Below are positions 7,090 to 16,045 of a stretch of 32,000 nt of DNA, piece by piece. The notes beneath the pieces were generated by a model. It saw only the letters and a program-made list of their open reading frames with translations. It was not told where the DNA came from and ran no database searches. Made by a program: the position numbers and the translations under genes. The stretch lies in contig JAOEIQ010000005.1 in assembly GCA_026162565.1 (NCBI GenBank), positions 226,624-258,623 of the forward strand, in the 5' to 3' direction. Position 1 is the first letter of the stretch; the number at the start of each line of letters is the position of its first letter. The DNA comes from Flavobacteriaceae bacterium NBU2973 (GTDB taxonomy: Bacteria; Bacteroidota; Bacteroidia; Flavobacteriales; Flavobacteriaceae).

Positions 7090-9165
7090 TTAATTAAAAT
7101 CTGCATCAGTAACTCCTTCGTTTACTTTTACATTATTAATTTTTAAAACAATAACTTGAGGTCCTGCTTTTATTTTACGAGTATATGGAAATAATACACC
7201 ATTTACTGGTGAATAATTACTAAAGTCTTCAACTGTAGTTATTTCTTGACCTTGAGCTTCTGTAGTTTTTTCAGTTCTTACTAAAAACCCTGTTTCTACA
7301 CTGTAATAACGAATTGTTACATCATCACCTTTAGTAACTTTTACCTTGTAAACGTCTAACCCTTCAATAGTAGTTTTACTATCTAAAACTAATTCTGCAG
7401 AGTCATAATTTAATTCTGGGAATAATGCTTTTTGAGCTTTTTGAGCATTCACATCTTTTTCAGACATTGGGATTTTACGTCCTTGTTGCTCTTGATAACC
7501 ATATTGTCCATCAAACTTACTTTTCATAACTGTTCCCATTCCTTCAATCATCATTTCCATAGACGATTTGTTAGGTGTCATTTCTTTAATAACAGCTTTT
7601 GGTGAAAACGGCATACCTTCTATAGTAACATCTGCAGTTGCTAAAGTCGTTTTTACTTGTGATACTTTATCACGTCCACCAATGGCATTAATGTAAGCAT
7701 CCATAACTATTTTAGCAGTCACGCCATCAGGTATAGGTTTAGAGTATTCTGGCTTTTCTGTCACCTTCGCATACTTGTCAAAATACTTAACTGGAATTCC
7801 CGTTTTTTCTAAATTAGCTAAAACTTCACTTCCTTTACCAATTACGACCATTCTACCATTTTCAGGCTTAAAATACGTATTTGCTACACGCTTCACATCT
7901 GCTTTAGAAACAGCATTGATTTTCTCTAAATAGGTTTCGTAAAAATCAGCAGGTAAATCATTCATTTTAATATTCAAAGCATATTGCGCAATCGTTGAAG
8001 GCCTTTCTAATGCTAAAACAAAATCTCCCATATATTTAGCTTTTGCATTCGCTAAATCTTTAGTGCTAACATCTTCATTTTTAATTCTATTCACTTCTTT
8101 TAAAGTTTCAACAATAGCACTATCTGTTACCATATTTCTAACAGTTGCTCCAGCTCTAAATCTTGAAACAGTATACTTATCTGTATTAATTCCTGATCTA
8201 GCTCCATAAGTATAACCATGCTCCTCACGAAGATTCATGTTTAGGTAACTACCAAAACCTCCTCCTAAAATTTTATTAGCAATCAATACTGAATGATAAT
8301 CTGGATCTTTCATTTTGAGGTCAACCGTATTGGTTAACGAAATATTAGACTGAACAGCATTTGGCATATCTACAAAGTTAATTTGAGTATACTGTACATT
8401 AGATGCTGCTTTAGGTAACGTTTTAGTCACGTCTGCACCTCGTTCCCAATCTCCAAAATACTTTTCAACTTGCATTTTAATTTTTATAGGATCTACATCT
8501 CCAACGATAACTAAATAAGCTCTCGAAGGATTATAATTTTCTTGATAAATAGCTCTAACATTATCAAGCGTAATATTTTTTAGTGTTTCCTCTGTTGTGT
8601 ATTCACCATATGGATGATTTACTCCATAAGCTAGGGCTTTACTAACTCTTGCTGCTACAGCACCAACATCTTTTTCTTCTGTTTTTAAACCTTCAACAGC
8701 TTTTTCAACCTCTTTACTTAACTCTTCTTGAGTTAAAAGTGGATTTTTTGTTGCGTCAGCCATTAACTCCAAAATTCTTTCAGAATATTTAGATAAAGAA
8801 CTAGCAAAACCACCATCAGCTCCAAAACTCATTCTTGCTCCAAGGAAATCTATTTCTTCATTAAACTCATCTTTAGACATGTTAGTCGTTCCATTACCTA
8901 ACATGGAACCTAATATACCTCTAATTCCTGCTTTATCACCTTCAACAACTGGTGGATTATCTATACTTAAATTAAAAGATACTCTAGGTAGCTTATGGTT
9001 TTCAACTATTAAAACTTTAAGTCCATTTTTTAGCTCAAATTCTCCAGGAGTACCTAGTTGAATTTTTGGTGCTGGACCAGGTTTAGGTTGTTGCGATCTA
9101 TCTAACTGCGCTGTCGCACTAAAAGACAAGGCAATTAATAATATAAGTGAAACTATTTTTTTCAT
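7090..9165 (-). CDS. M16 (pitrilysin) family protein, non-catalytic subunit type with extra C-terminal domain
   Basis: 691 aa with signal peptide and M16 N- and C-halves (LREEHGYTYGARS). No HxxEH; the equivalent position reads GILGSMLGNGT. The C-terminal extension of about 200 aa resembles LolA-like lipoprotein-sorting folds. Confidence 0.8.
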   Translation of the reverse strand: MKKIVSLILLIALSFSATAQLDRSQQPKPGPAPKIQLGTPGEFELKNGLKVLIVENHKLPRVSFNLSIDNPPVVEGDKAGIRGILGSMLGNGTTNMSKDEFNEEIDFLGARMSFGADGGFASSLSKYSERILELMADATKNPLLTQEELSKEVEKAVEGLKTEEKDVGAVAARVSKALAYGVNHPYGEYTTEETLKNITLDNVRAIYQENYNPSRAYLVIVGDVDPIKIKMQVEKYFGDWERGADVTKTLPKAASNVQYTQINFVDMPNAVQSNISLTNTVDLKMKDPDYHSVLIANKILGGGFGSYLNMNLREEHGYTYGARSGINTDKYTVSRFRAGATVRNMVTDSAIVETLKEVNRIKNEDVSTKDLANAKAKYMGDFVLALERPSTIAQYALNIKMNDLPADFYETYLEKINAVSKADVKRVANTYFKPENGRMVVIGKGSEVLANLEKTGIPVKYFDKYAKVTEKPEYSKPIPDGVTAKIVMDAYINAIGGRDKVSQVKTTLATADVTIEGMPFSPKAVIKEMTPNKSSMEMMIEGMGTVMKSKFDGQYGYQEQQGRKIPMSEKDVNAQKAQKALFPELNYDSAELVLDSKTTIEGLDVYKVKVTKGDDVTIRYYSVETGFLVRTEKTTEAQGQEITTVEDFSNYSPVNGVLFPYTRKIKAGPQVIVLKINNVKVNEGVTDADFN

Positions 9166-9186
9166 TTTTAATGCTTTTCTAAATTA

Positions 9187-10518
9187 TTATTTATCGTCCT
9201 TTTTTGGTAAATATTCTAATTCTAATCTTTGATTAGGATTTAAATATTTTTTTGCAACATTCTGGATATCTTCACGAGTAATTGATCTGTAAATATCAAT
9301 CTGACTATTAATTAAATTAATGTCATCATGTAACATGTAATAAGTCGCTAATGATCCAGCAATGCCCTGAACACTTGAGTTAGAATTTACAAAACGATTC
9401 TCAAATTTATTTTGAAGCTTTTGATAATCTCTTTCAGAAATTAATTCTGTTTGAAGTTTTGTTACTTCTTCATCGATTTCAACTAGTAAGTCAGCTAGAG
9501 AAGCTCCTCCAAGAGGTAACCCATAAATAGCATACATACTGTAATCCATTTGATCGATGTTTATAGCTCCAACTTGTAGTGCCATCTTTTTATCATCAAC
9601 CATCTTTTTATAAAGTTTTGATGTTTTACCATCACTCAAGTATGCAGATATCATACTCAATACGTACGAGTCTCTACTTTTAAATCCAGGAGTTCTATAT
9701 GCAGCTACTACTGCAGGTATTTGAATGTTAGGATCGTAAAACTTTGTTTTTATTGTTTCAGTAATAGGCTCTTCTTCAGGGAAATTTCTTGTTACCTCAT
9801 TCCCTCTTGGAATTTCACCAAAATACTTATTAACTAACTCTTTGGTTTTTTCAGAATCTATATCTCCAGCTACAACTAAAGCTGCGTTATTTGGCCCATA
9901 AAATTGTTTGTGATATGCTCTAAACTCTTCTAAAGTAGCAGCATCTAAATGATCCATTTCACCAATGTTCTTATTTTTATAAGGGTGAACTTTAAATAAA
10001 TTTTCGCTTACAGCAAATAAAAATTGTCCGTAAGGTCTATTATCATAGCTCGATCTCTTTTCTTCTTTAACCACTTCGTTTTGAGTATCAACTCCAATTT
10101 GATCGATTACAGGATGTAACATACGTTCTGATTCCATCCATAATCCAAGCTCTAAACTATTAGAAGGGAAAACTTCGTAGTAATAGGTTCTATCTAAAGA
10201 AGTGTTTGCATTATTAGAACCTCCATTAGAAGCAACTATTTCGAACCATTTACCGCGTTCGATGTTTGGTGTTCCTTCAAATAATAAATGCTCAAAGAAA
10301 TGAGCAAAACCTGTACGTTCTGGATTTCCGTTTGCACCTAAATCTTTTCCTCCAACATCATACATAACTCCCACTGTTACAACAGGAGCTGTATTATCTT
10401 GATGTAGAATAACATGTAATCCATTGTCTAAATCAAATTCTTCAAATTCAACTTTTTGTGCATTGCTGGCAAATCCAACAAAGAGTAAAGCTGCTAAAGA
10501 AAGTAAGCCTTTTTTCAT
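9187..10518 (-). CDS. M16 family zinc peptidase (catalytic, HxxEH)
   Basis: 443 aa with signal peptide and inverted zinc motif HFFEHLLFEG. It lies 21 nt upstream of the second M16 gene on the same strand. Confidence 0.88.
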   Translation of the reverse strand: MKKGLLSLAALLFVGFASNAQKVEFEEFDLDNGLHVILHQDNTAPVVTVGVMYDVGGKDLGANGNPERTGFAHFFEHLLFEGTPNIERGKWFEIVASNGGSNNANTSLDRTYYYEVFPSNSLELGLWMESERMLHPVIDQIGVDTQNEVVKEEKRSSYDNRPYGQFLFAVSENLFKVHPYKNKNIGEMDHLDAATLEEFRAYHKQFYGPNNAALVVAGDIDSEKTKELVNKYFGEIPRGNEVTRNFPEEEPITETIKTKFYDPNIQIPAVVAAYRTPGFKSRDSYVLSMISAYLSDGKTSKLYKKMVDDKKMALQVGAINIDQMDYSMYAIYGLPLGGASLADLLVEIDEEVTKLQTELISERDYQKLQNKFENRFVNSNSSVQGIAGSLATYYMLHDDINLINSQIDIYRSITREDIQNVAKKYLNPNQRLELEYLPKKDDK

Positions 10519-10582
10519 TTTTATTGTTTTTGTTAATTAACGTTGTTTGTCTGTTAAAATCTAGTTTTGTTACAGAGTAGTG

Positions 10583-10590
10583 CAAAAATA
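10583..10590 (-). promoter_or_regulatory. -7 box TATTTTTG for the M16 peptidase pair
   Basis: The reverse complement of caaaaata matches TAnnTTTG 65 nt upstream of the start at 10518. Confidence 0.35.
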
Positions 10591-10737
10591 CTATCTCAAA
10601 AAGGATTCCTGATAAAGAATCTTAAAAAATTAACAACAATTTATAGCTTTTGAGGTATTATAAACACTAAAAATCTTGACTTACATTCTTAAACAATGTA
10701 TTCTATTATAAAAAAAATGCTGTAAACACTTAAATCG

Positions 10738-10768
10738 TTTGTAGTTTAATTAAATAGCAGTATATTTG
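10738..10768 (+). promoter_or_regulatory. rplU-rpmA promoter: TTTG-N19-TATATTTG
   Basis: -33 TTTG (10738-10741), a 19-nt spacer, and -7 TATATTTG (10761-10768). This is a full match to the Bacteroidota sigma-A consensus, 43 nt before the rplU ATG. Confidence 0.6.
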
Positions 10769-10810
10769 CACTCATTTTTTGAATAAATTAATAATTATAA
10801 ACGTTACGCT

Positions 10811-11476
10811 ATGTACGCAATTGTAGAGATAGCAGGGCATCAATTTAAAGTTGAAAAAGACCAAAAGGTGTTTGTTAACCGTTTAGCAACAGAAGAAGGT
10901 AAGAAAGTTTCTTTCGACAACGTTCTTTTAATTGGTGATGGTGACAAAGTTACTGTAGGCGCCCCAGCTATAGGCGGAGCTCAAGTAGGAGCAAAAGTCT
11001 TAAAGCACCTTAAAGGTGATAAAGTAATAGTTTTCAAGAAGAAAAGACGTAAAGGTTACCGTGTAAAAAATGGTCACAGACAAGCCTTAACTGAAATCGT
11101 AATTGAAAGTATTGTTGCTAGTGGAGCAACGAAAGCTGCACCAAAAAAAGAAACTAAACAAACTGAACCAAAAGTAGAAGCGAAAGCTGCTGCACCAAAA
11201 GCAAAACCTGCTGCTAAAAAAGCAACTGGAAAAGCTGATGATTTAAAGAAAATCGAAGGTATTGGTCCTAAAATTGCATCTACTCTAGTAGAAGCTGGTA
11301 TTGCAACATTTGCTGATTTAGCAAAAGCAAAGCCAGAAGCAATTTCTGAAATTATAGCTGGTGTTCGTGGAAATCACGTAACAGACACTTGGCCAAAGCA
11401 AGCTCAATTAGCTGCAGATGGAAAGTGGGACGAGCTTAAAAAATGGCAAGACGAATTAGATGGTGGTAAGGCATAA
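10811..11476 (+). CDS. rplU: 50S ribosomal protein L21 with about 117-aa C-terminal extension (A/K/P-rich linker + helix-hairpin-helix module)
   Basis: The first ~104 aa (MYAIVEIAGHQFKVEKDQ..FKKKRRKGYRVKNGHRQALTEIVIESI) are canonical bL21. These are followed by KAAPKKETKQTEPKVEAKAAAPKAKPAAKK and then DDLKKIEGIGPKIASTLVEAGIATFADLA...TWPKQAQLAADGKWDELKKWQDELDGGK. Confidence 0.9.
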   Translation: MYAIVEIAGHQFKVEKDQKVFVNRLATEEGKKVSFDNVLLIGDGDKVTVGAPAIGGAQVGAKVLKHLKGDKVIVFKKKRRKGYRVKNGHRQALTEIVIESIVASGATKAAPKKETKQTEPKVEAKAAAPKAKPAAKKATGKADDLKKIEGIGPKIASTLVEAGIATFADLAKAKPEAISEIIAGVRGNHVTDTWPKQAQLAADGKWDELKKWQDELDGGKA

Positions 11477-11516
11477 TAGCAACCACTTAAGTTTAACAAT
11501 ATAAAACCTTAAGATC

Positions 11517-11777
11517 ATGGCTCATAAAAAAGGAGTTGGTAGTTCGAAGAATGGTAGAGAATCAGAATCGAAACGATTAGGCGTTAAGATTTTTGGTGGA
11601 CAAGCTGCTATTGCTGGTAACATTATCGTAAGACAAAGAGGTAATACACACCATCCAGGTGAAAACGTATACCAAGGAAAAGATCACACTTTACATGCTA
11701 AAGTTGATGGTCTTGTAAAATTCACAAGGAAAAAAGACAATAAGTCTTATGTTTCTATAGAGCCTTTTGAAGCTTAA
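11517..11777 (+). CDS. rpmA: 50S ribosomal protein L27
   Basis: 86 aa. [42 protein letters not shown]. Confidence 0.96.
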   Translation: MAHKKGVGSSKNGRESESKRLGVKIFGGQAAIAGNIIVRQRGNTHHPGENVYQGKDHTLHAKVDGLVKFTRKKDNKSYVSIEPFEA

Positions 11778-11824
11778 AAAACATTTTCTTTAAGATACTC
11801 GCCCTGAGAGAAGTCGAAGGGTTT

Positions 11825-11858
11825 AAAACCCTTTCTTGAAACAGAAAGGGTTTTTTAT
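11825..11858. terminator. Bidirectional intrinsic terminator after rpmA, overlapping the stop of the convergent DinB-like gene
   Basis: Perfect 12-bp stem aaaaccctttct / agaaagggtttt with loop tgaaac, followed by a T-run. Confidence 0.8.
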
Positions 11859-12319
11859 TTTAATATATCTCTCATTATTTTTAAGTGATGATTTGTATGT
11901 ATCTCCAAAAAACGATTAACTCTTTTTGTGTTTATATTTCCAAATAAAGGATGTTTGAAATATGCATTTTTATCTAAATGAGATAACGACTCTATATTTT
12001 GCTTCGCTAAATTTAGTTGGTTAGTTATTTCATCTTTAGAAATTACTTCAGGTGGCTTAACATATTTTGGCGCTTTTGCTTTTCCTCTAGGAAAAAAATT
12101 AAGTTTAAAAAAGAGTTTGCCTAAAAAACTAAAGTTATTGTTATAATTATCTGGATTAGATTCTTGTAAAGCTTTAATAACACTATTTATAACTTTTAGA
12201 TTATGATCTAAATGCCATCCAACAGAAGATTTAGATACAGATTTCTTAACGGCATCATGACTAGCAATTAAGGAATTCATTTCATTTAAATAATTCACTA
12301 GTTTTTTTGAAGTCACCAT
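11855..12319 (-). CDS. DinB-superfamily protein (DUF1569-like)
   Basis: 154 aa. GWHLDHNLKV ... FKHPLFGNINTKRVNRFLEIHTNHHLKIMRDI is the typical DUF1569/DinB four-helix His pattern. Confidence 0.7.
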   Translation of the reverse strand: MVTSKKLVNYLNEMNSLIASHDAVKKSVSKSSVGWHLDHNLKVINSVIKALQESNPDNYNNNFSFLGKLFFKLNFFPRGKAKAPKYVKPPEVISKDEITNQLNLAKQNIESLSHLDKNAYFKHPLFGNINTKRVNRFLEIHTNHHLKIMRDILK

Positions 12320-12388
12320 TACTATTATTTTATTTATAAAAATACTAAAGCTAAAACATATAGCTGAATTTTTAACTATATTTAAATC

Positions 12389-12799
12389 ATGGAAGGTTAC
12401 TCTGGCACACCACTCGCCAAAAAATTAGGAATTAAGGAAGGATACACAATTTTATTGATTAACCAACCTCAACATTACAAATCGTTATTTACGGATTTTC
12501 CTCTAAACACTAAAGAAGTTAAAAGACCACAAGTTGAATCCGTAGACTTTGCACATGTTTTCTGTACTACTGAAAACGATTTAAAAACCTATTTACCTAA
12601 ATTAAAACCAGCTCTAAAAAAAGATGGTATGGTTTGGGTGAGTTGGCCTAAAGGTTCTTCTGAAATTAAAACCACTATTAATCGTGAAACTGTAAGAGAT
12701 TATGTATTATCTGAAATTGGTTTAGTAGATATTAAAGTAGCAGCTATTGATGCGGATTGGAGTGGCTTAAAATTTGTGTATAGGAAAGAAGATAGATAA
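12389..12799 (+). CDS. DUF3052-family protein
   Basis: 136 aa. The N-terminus GYSGTPLAKKLGIKEGYTILLINQP is as I remember it for DUF3052. Function unknown. Confidence 0.6.
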   Translation: MEGYSGTPLAKKLGIKEGYTILLINQPQHYKSLFTDFPLNTKEVKRPQVESVDFAHVFCTTENDLKTYLPKLKPALKKDGMVWVSWPKGSSEIKTTINRETVRDYVLSEIGLVDIKVAAIDADWSGLKFVYRKEDR

Positions 12800-12800
12800 T

Positions 12801-12833
12801 AAAAAATCCCAAACATTTTGTTTGGGATTTCCT
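12801..12833. terminator. Intrinsic terminator between convergent DUF3052 gene and ahcY
   Basis: 11-bp perfect stem aaatcccaaac / gtttgggattt with loop atttt, flanked by an A-run and T residues. Confidence 0.75.
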
Positions 12834-12844
12834 TAATTTATAAG

Positions 12845-12886
12845 ATTGCCACGTCTCCAGACGTTTACAGTCTGGATTCTCGCAAT
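12845..12886. repeat. Nested stem-loop element just downstream of ahcY (REP-like)
   Basis: Outer attgc/gcaat and inner tccagac-gtttaca-gtctgga inverted repeats. There is no T-run, and it resembles the short intergenic hairpin elements common in flavobacterial genomes. Confidence 0.4.
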
Positions 12887-12895
12887 GACAATCAA

Positions 12896-14212
12896 TTAGT
12901 AACGATAATGTTCTGGCTTGTATGGTCCTTCAACCGTTACACCAATATATTCGGCTTGATCATTGCGTAATTCTGTAAGCTCAACGCCTATTTTCTCTAA
13001 ATGTAATTTTGCTACTTTCTCATCAAGATGTTTTGGTAACATATATACTTTGTTTTCGTAAGCGTCAATGTTATTCCACAACTCGATTTGCGCTAAAGTT
13101 TGGTTTGTAAATGAATTACTCATCACAAAACTTGGGTGACCTGTAGCACATCCTAAATTAACCAAACGCCCTTCAGCAAGAATAATGATATCCTTACCAT
13201 TTACAGTATACTTGTCTACTTGTGGTTTAATGGTATCTTTTGAATGTCCATGGTTTTTATTTAACCAAGCCATATCAATCTCATTATCAAAGTGACCAAT
13301 ATTACAAACAATGGTTTTATCTTTCATCATTTCAAAATGGCGACCTTGAACTATATCTTTATTACCTGTTGTGGTAATTACTATATCAGAGTTACCAACA
13401 ACCGTTTCTAATCGTTTTACTTCAAAACCATCCATTGCAGCTTGTAACGCACAAATTGGATCAATTTCTGTTACTGTGACAATACTTCCTGCTCCTTTAA
13501 AAGAAGCTGCTGTACCTTTACCAACATCTCCATAACCACATACCGTTACACGTTTTCCTGCTAGCATGATATCTGTTGCTCGACGAATCGCATCTACAGC
13601 AGATTCTTTACAACCGTATTTATTATCAAACTTCGATTTTGTAACAGAATCGTTTACATTAATTGCTGGCATTGGAAGCGTTCCGTTTTTTACACGCTCG
13701 TATAATCTGTGAACACCAGTTGTTGTTTCTTCAGAAAGTCCGTTAATGCCATCAGCTAATTCAGGATATTTATCTAAAACCATATTAGTTAAATCTCCTC
13801 CATCATCTAAAATCATATTTAATGGTTTGCGATCTTCTCCAAAGAACAACGTTTGTTCAATACACCAATCAAACTCTTCTTCCGTCATGTCTTTCCATGC
13901 ATAAACAGCAGTCCCAGCAGCAGCAATTGCAGCAGCAGCTTGATCTTGTGTAGAAAATATGTTACAAGAACTCCAAGTTACTTCGGCTCCTAAAGCTTGT
14001 AATGTTTCAATTAACACAGCCGTTTGAATCGTCATGTGCAAACATCCTGCTATACGAGCGCCTTTTAATGGTTGAGCGTCTTTATATTCTTCACGAAGAC
14101 TCATTAAACCTGGCATTTCAGCTTCAGCTAATTCAATCTCTTTTCTTCCCCAAGCCGCAAGCGACATATCCTTTACTTTGTTAGGAACGTAAGCAACAGT
14201 TTTTGTACTCAT
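12896..14212 (-). CDS. ahcY: Adenosylhomocysteinase
   Basis: 438 aa. NAD-binding GYGDVGKG, ..IGHFDNEID.., and a C-terminal PYKPEHYRY tail. Confidence 0.96.
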   Translation of the reverse strand: MSTKTVAYVPNKVKDMSLAAWGRKEIELAEAEMPGLMSLREEYKDAQPLKGARIAGCLHMTIQTAVLIETLQALGAEVTWSSCNIFSTQDQAAAAIAAAGTAVYAWKDMTEEEFDWCIEQTLFFGEDRKPLNMILDDGGDLTNMVLDKYPELADGINGLSEETTTGVHRLYERVKNGTLPMPAINVNDSVTKSKFDNKYGCKESAVDAIRRATDIMLAGKRVTVCGYGDVGKGTAASFKGAGSIVTVTEIDPICALQAAMDGFEVKRLETVVGNSDIVITTTGNKDIVQGRHFEMMKDKTIVCNIGHFDNEIDMAWLNKNHGHSKDTIKPQVDKYTVNGKDIIILAEGRLVNLGCATGHPSFVMSNSFTNQTLAQIELWNNIDAYENKVYMLPKHLDEKVAKLHLEKIGVELTELRNDQAEYIGVTVEGPYKPEHYRY

Positions 14213-14314
14213 ATTTTTGTATTTCTTTTATTTTTTATAATTAAGTAACCTTTGGCTTTCAGGCTTAAATAGTTAAATTCGCTATAACAAAAAGCATATT
14301 AGCTTAAGGCTGTG

Positions 14315-14322
14315 CAAAGATA
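14315..14322 (-). promoter_or_regulatory. -7 box TATCTTTG for ahcY (implies a ~95-nt leader)
   Basis: The reverse complement of caaagata matches TAnnTTTG about 100 nt upstream of the ahcY ATG. Confidence 0.35.
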
Positions 14323-14345
14323 ATCAATAACATTCATAATATTAA

Positions 14346-14978
14346 ATGCCTCTTTACAAAACCATTAGTGTAAATTCACAAACTGTTGTTAAAATTTGGA
14401 AGATTGAGGAATCGTATGAGGATTTATTAAATCCGCTTGATTTAAAACCTCAAAGTTTAGAGCGTGTTTTAGGTATGAAAAGTGAATTACATCAACGAGG
14501 CTTTTTAAGTGTAAGACATCTTCTACGAGATTTTGGATACACAGATCAAGATTTATATTACGATAATAACGGGAAACCTCATTTAAAAGATGGCAAACAT
14601 ATTTCTATCACACATTCATTTACATTTTCGGGAGTGATTGTTAGCGATCAAGAAGTTGGAATTGATATAGAAAAGCAACGTACTAAAATTGGAATCATCG
14701 CCAAAAAATTTGTGGGTTATGAGTTTGATTACCTAGATAAAACTTCTGATGAGTACATTAGAAAACTTACTGTTATTTGGGGAATTAAAGAATCATTGTA
14801 CAAACTATTTGCTACGCCTGGCATGTTGTTTAAACAACATTTTTTAGTCATTCCTTTTATGTTAAAAGACAAAAACACGATTGCTTGGATTGATTTTGAA
14901 AATAAAAAATACCGATACAACACTGCTTTTTTAGAGTTTGAAGGTTTTACTTGCGCATATGTTGTTCCAAATGCATAA
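14346..14978 (+). CDS. Sfp-type 4'-phosphopantetheinyl transferase
   Basis: 210 aa. GKPHL, ISITHS, VGIDIE and WGIKESLYK motifs in the canonical order. Confidence 0.85.
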   Translation: MPLYKTISVNSQTVVKIWKIEESYEDLLNPLDLKPQSLERVLGMKSELHQRGFLSVRHLLRDFGYTDQDLYYDNNGKPHLKDGKHISITHSFTFSGVIVSDQEVGIDIEKQRTKIGIIAKKFVGYEFDYLDKTSDEYIRKLTVIWGIKESLYKLFATPGMLFKQHFLVIPFMLKDKNTIAWIDFENKKYRYNTAFLEFEGFTCAYVVPNA

Positions 14979-15696
14979 CATATACCATAACATAGTTGAG
15001 TGTTCAGCAAATAATAAAAAACTATTGGCTGTACTTATTGATCCTGATAAGATGAAACTGGAATCTGTTTCTAATTTCATTTCTAAAGTCAATCAATCTA
15101 TTGCTACACATATTTTTGTTGGCGGAAGTATCGTCAATGAAAACGTGACTGAAAATGTAGTTGTAGAAATAAAAAAGCACACTAAATTATCAATAGTATT
15201 ATTTCCTGGAGATTTGAATCAAATTACTAATAAAGCTGATGCTATTTTGTATTTATCTTTAATTTCAGGTAGAAATCCAGATTACTTAATTGGTAAACAT
15301 GTAGATTCTGTTCAAAAATTATCTCAAACTAATCTAGAAATTATTCCAACAGGATACATACTTATAGAAAGTGGTAAAGAGACTGCTGTTCAAGTTGTAA
15401 CTAATACCAAACCAATATCTCAAAGTAGTATTCAATCAATTACTGATTCTGCAAAAGCAGGAGAATATCTTGGCATGAAACTTATATATTTAGAAGCTGG
15501 TAGTGGAGCTGTAAATACTGTAAACTCTAAAATAATTGAAAAAGTAAAAGCGAGTTTAAATATTCCTTTAATAGTAGGTGGTGGAATTAAAACAACATAT
15601 CAATTACAAAATGCTTATAATGCTGGTGCAGATTTGGTTGTGATTGGTACTGCTTTTGAAGAAAATGAATCGTTTTTTGATAAATTACAAAAGTAA
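14971..15696 (+). CDS. Geranylgeranylglyceryl/heptaprenylglyceryl phosphate synthase family (PcrB-like) prenyltransferase
   Basis: LAVLIDPDK.., FVGGS, LIYLEAGSGA, PLIVGGGIK, DLVVIGTAFE align to PcrB/GGGPS TIM-barrel motifs. The ATG at 14971 (MHNIYHN..) is preferred over the ORF-track start at 14938. It overlaps the PPTase stop as ATGCATAA. Confidence 0.85.
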   Translation: MHNIYHNIVECSANNKKLLAVLIDPDKMKLESVSNFISKVNQSIATHIFVGGSIVNENVTENVVVEIKKHTKLSIVLFPGDLNQITNKADAILYLSLISGRNPDYLIGKHVDSVQKLSQTNLEIIPTGYILIESGKETAVQVVTNTKPISQSSIQSITDSAKAGEYLGMKLIYLEAGSGAVNTVNSKIIEKVKASLNIPLIVGGGIKTTYQLQNAYNAGADLVVIGTAFEENESFFDKLQK

Positions 15697-15702
15697 TTTA
15701 TC

Positions 15703-15723
15703 ATGCTGAGCTTGTTTCAGCAT
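15703..15723. repeat. 7-bp stem / GCTTGTT-loop hairpin element
   Basis: atgctga-gcttgtt-tcagcat. It has the same architecture and loop as the element at 22240-22260. Confidence 0.5.
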
Positions 15724-15784
15724 CTCACAAATAGTTATGTATAATATAATTTAATAAAGACTCCCTTTTTCAGGGGAAATAAAT

Positions 15785-16045
15785 ATGGAAATATCAGTCG
15801 ACTTAACATTATCGCCTTTGCAAAATGATTATGAAAAACACATAATAGATTTTATAAAAGCTTTGCGCAATTCTGAATTTACAGTTATAGAAAATCCTTT
15901 GAGCACTCAAATTTTTGGAGATTATGATAAACTAATGCCTTTTTTAAATACAGAAATTAAACGTTCGTTTGAAAATACAGATATTTCAGTTTTAACAATG
16001 AAAGTAGTAAAAACAAATAGAAGCGATTATGAACCAAGTTTTTGA
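15785..16045 (+). CDS. YkoF/MTH1187 (thiamine-binding, DUF77) family-like small protein
   Basis: 86 aa. VDLTLSPLQNDYEKHIIDFIKAL parallels the YkoF repeats FSLYPMTDDFISVIKSAL and FALYPMNEPDYMGLIMEAV, with a ferredoxin-like beta-alpha-beta pattern. Confidence 0.55.
   Translation: MEISVDLTLSPLQNDYEKHIIDFIKALRNSEFTVIENPLSTQIFGDYDKLMPFLNTEIKRSFENTDISVLTMKVVKTNRSDYEPSF

Noticed and set aside
8879-9061. 60-aa plus-strand ORF
   Set aside because: It is antisense to the M16 peptidase gene, so it is a shadow ORF.
10519-10810. The 292-nt spacer between the M16 pair and rplU, examined for an sRNA, a ribosomal-protein leader or a small ORF
   Set aside because: Only the two divergent promoters and one 7-bp hairpin (aggattc/gaatctt) were seen. 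There is no ORF above 10 codons and no convincing conserved structure.
14002-14184. 60-aa plus-strand ORF
   Set aside because: It is antisense to the highly conserved ahcY.
14213-14345. Possible SAH or other riboswitch in the ~95-nt ahcY leader
   Set aside because: I could not find the SAH-riboswitch core sequences or any convincing conserved multi-stem structure. There are only short AU-rich pairings that are expected by chance.
14938-14970. Upstream extension of the GGGPS-like ORF (track start at 14938). Similar upstream extensions occur at GTG 6075 (EamA), GTG 19426 (TBDT) and TTG 28564 (lipoprotein).
   Set aside because: The extensions add non-signal, non-conserved-looking residues or overlap regulatory palindromes. 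The downstream ATGs give sensible N-termini (a signal peptide, or MHNIYHN..).
14729-15010. 93-aa minus-strand ORF spanning the PPTase/GGGPS junction
   Set aside because: It is antisense to two motif-supported genes and has no signal of its own.
15697-15784. Possible TPP or NAD+ riboswitch ahead of the YkoF-like/pnuC operon
   Set aside because: There are no THI-box elements (CUGAGA, ACCUGA..GGGAAG) and no nadA/pnuC-motif features. The region holds only the 7-bp hairpin element and a weak tccc/ggga stem.
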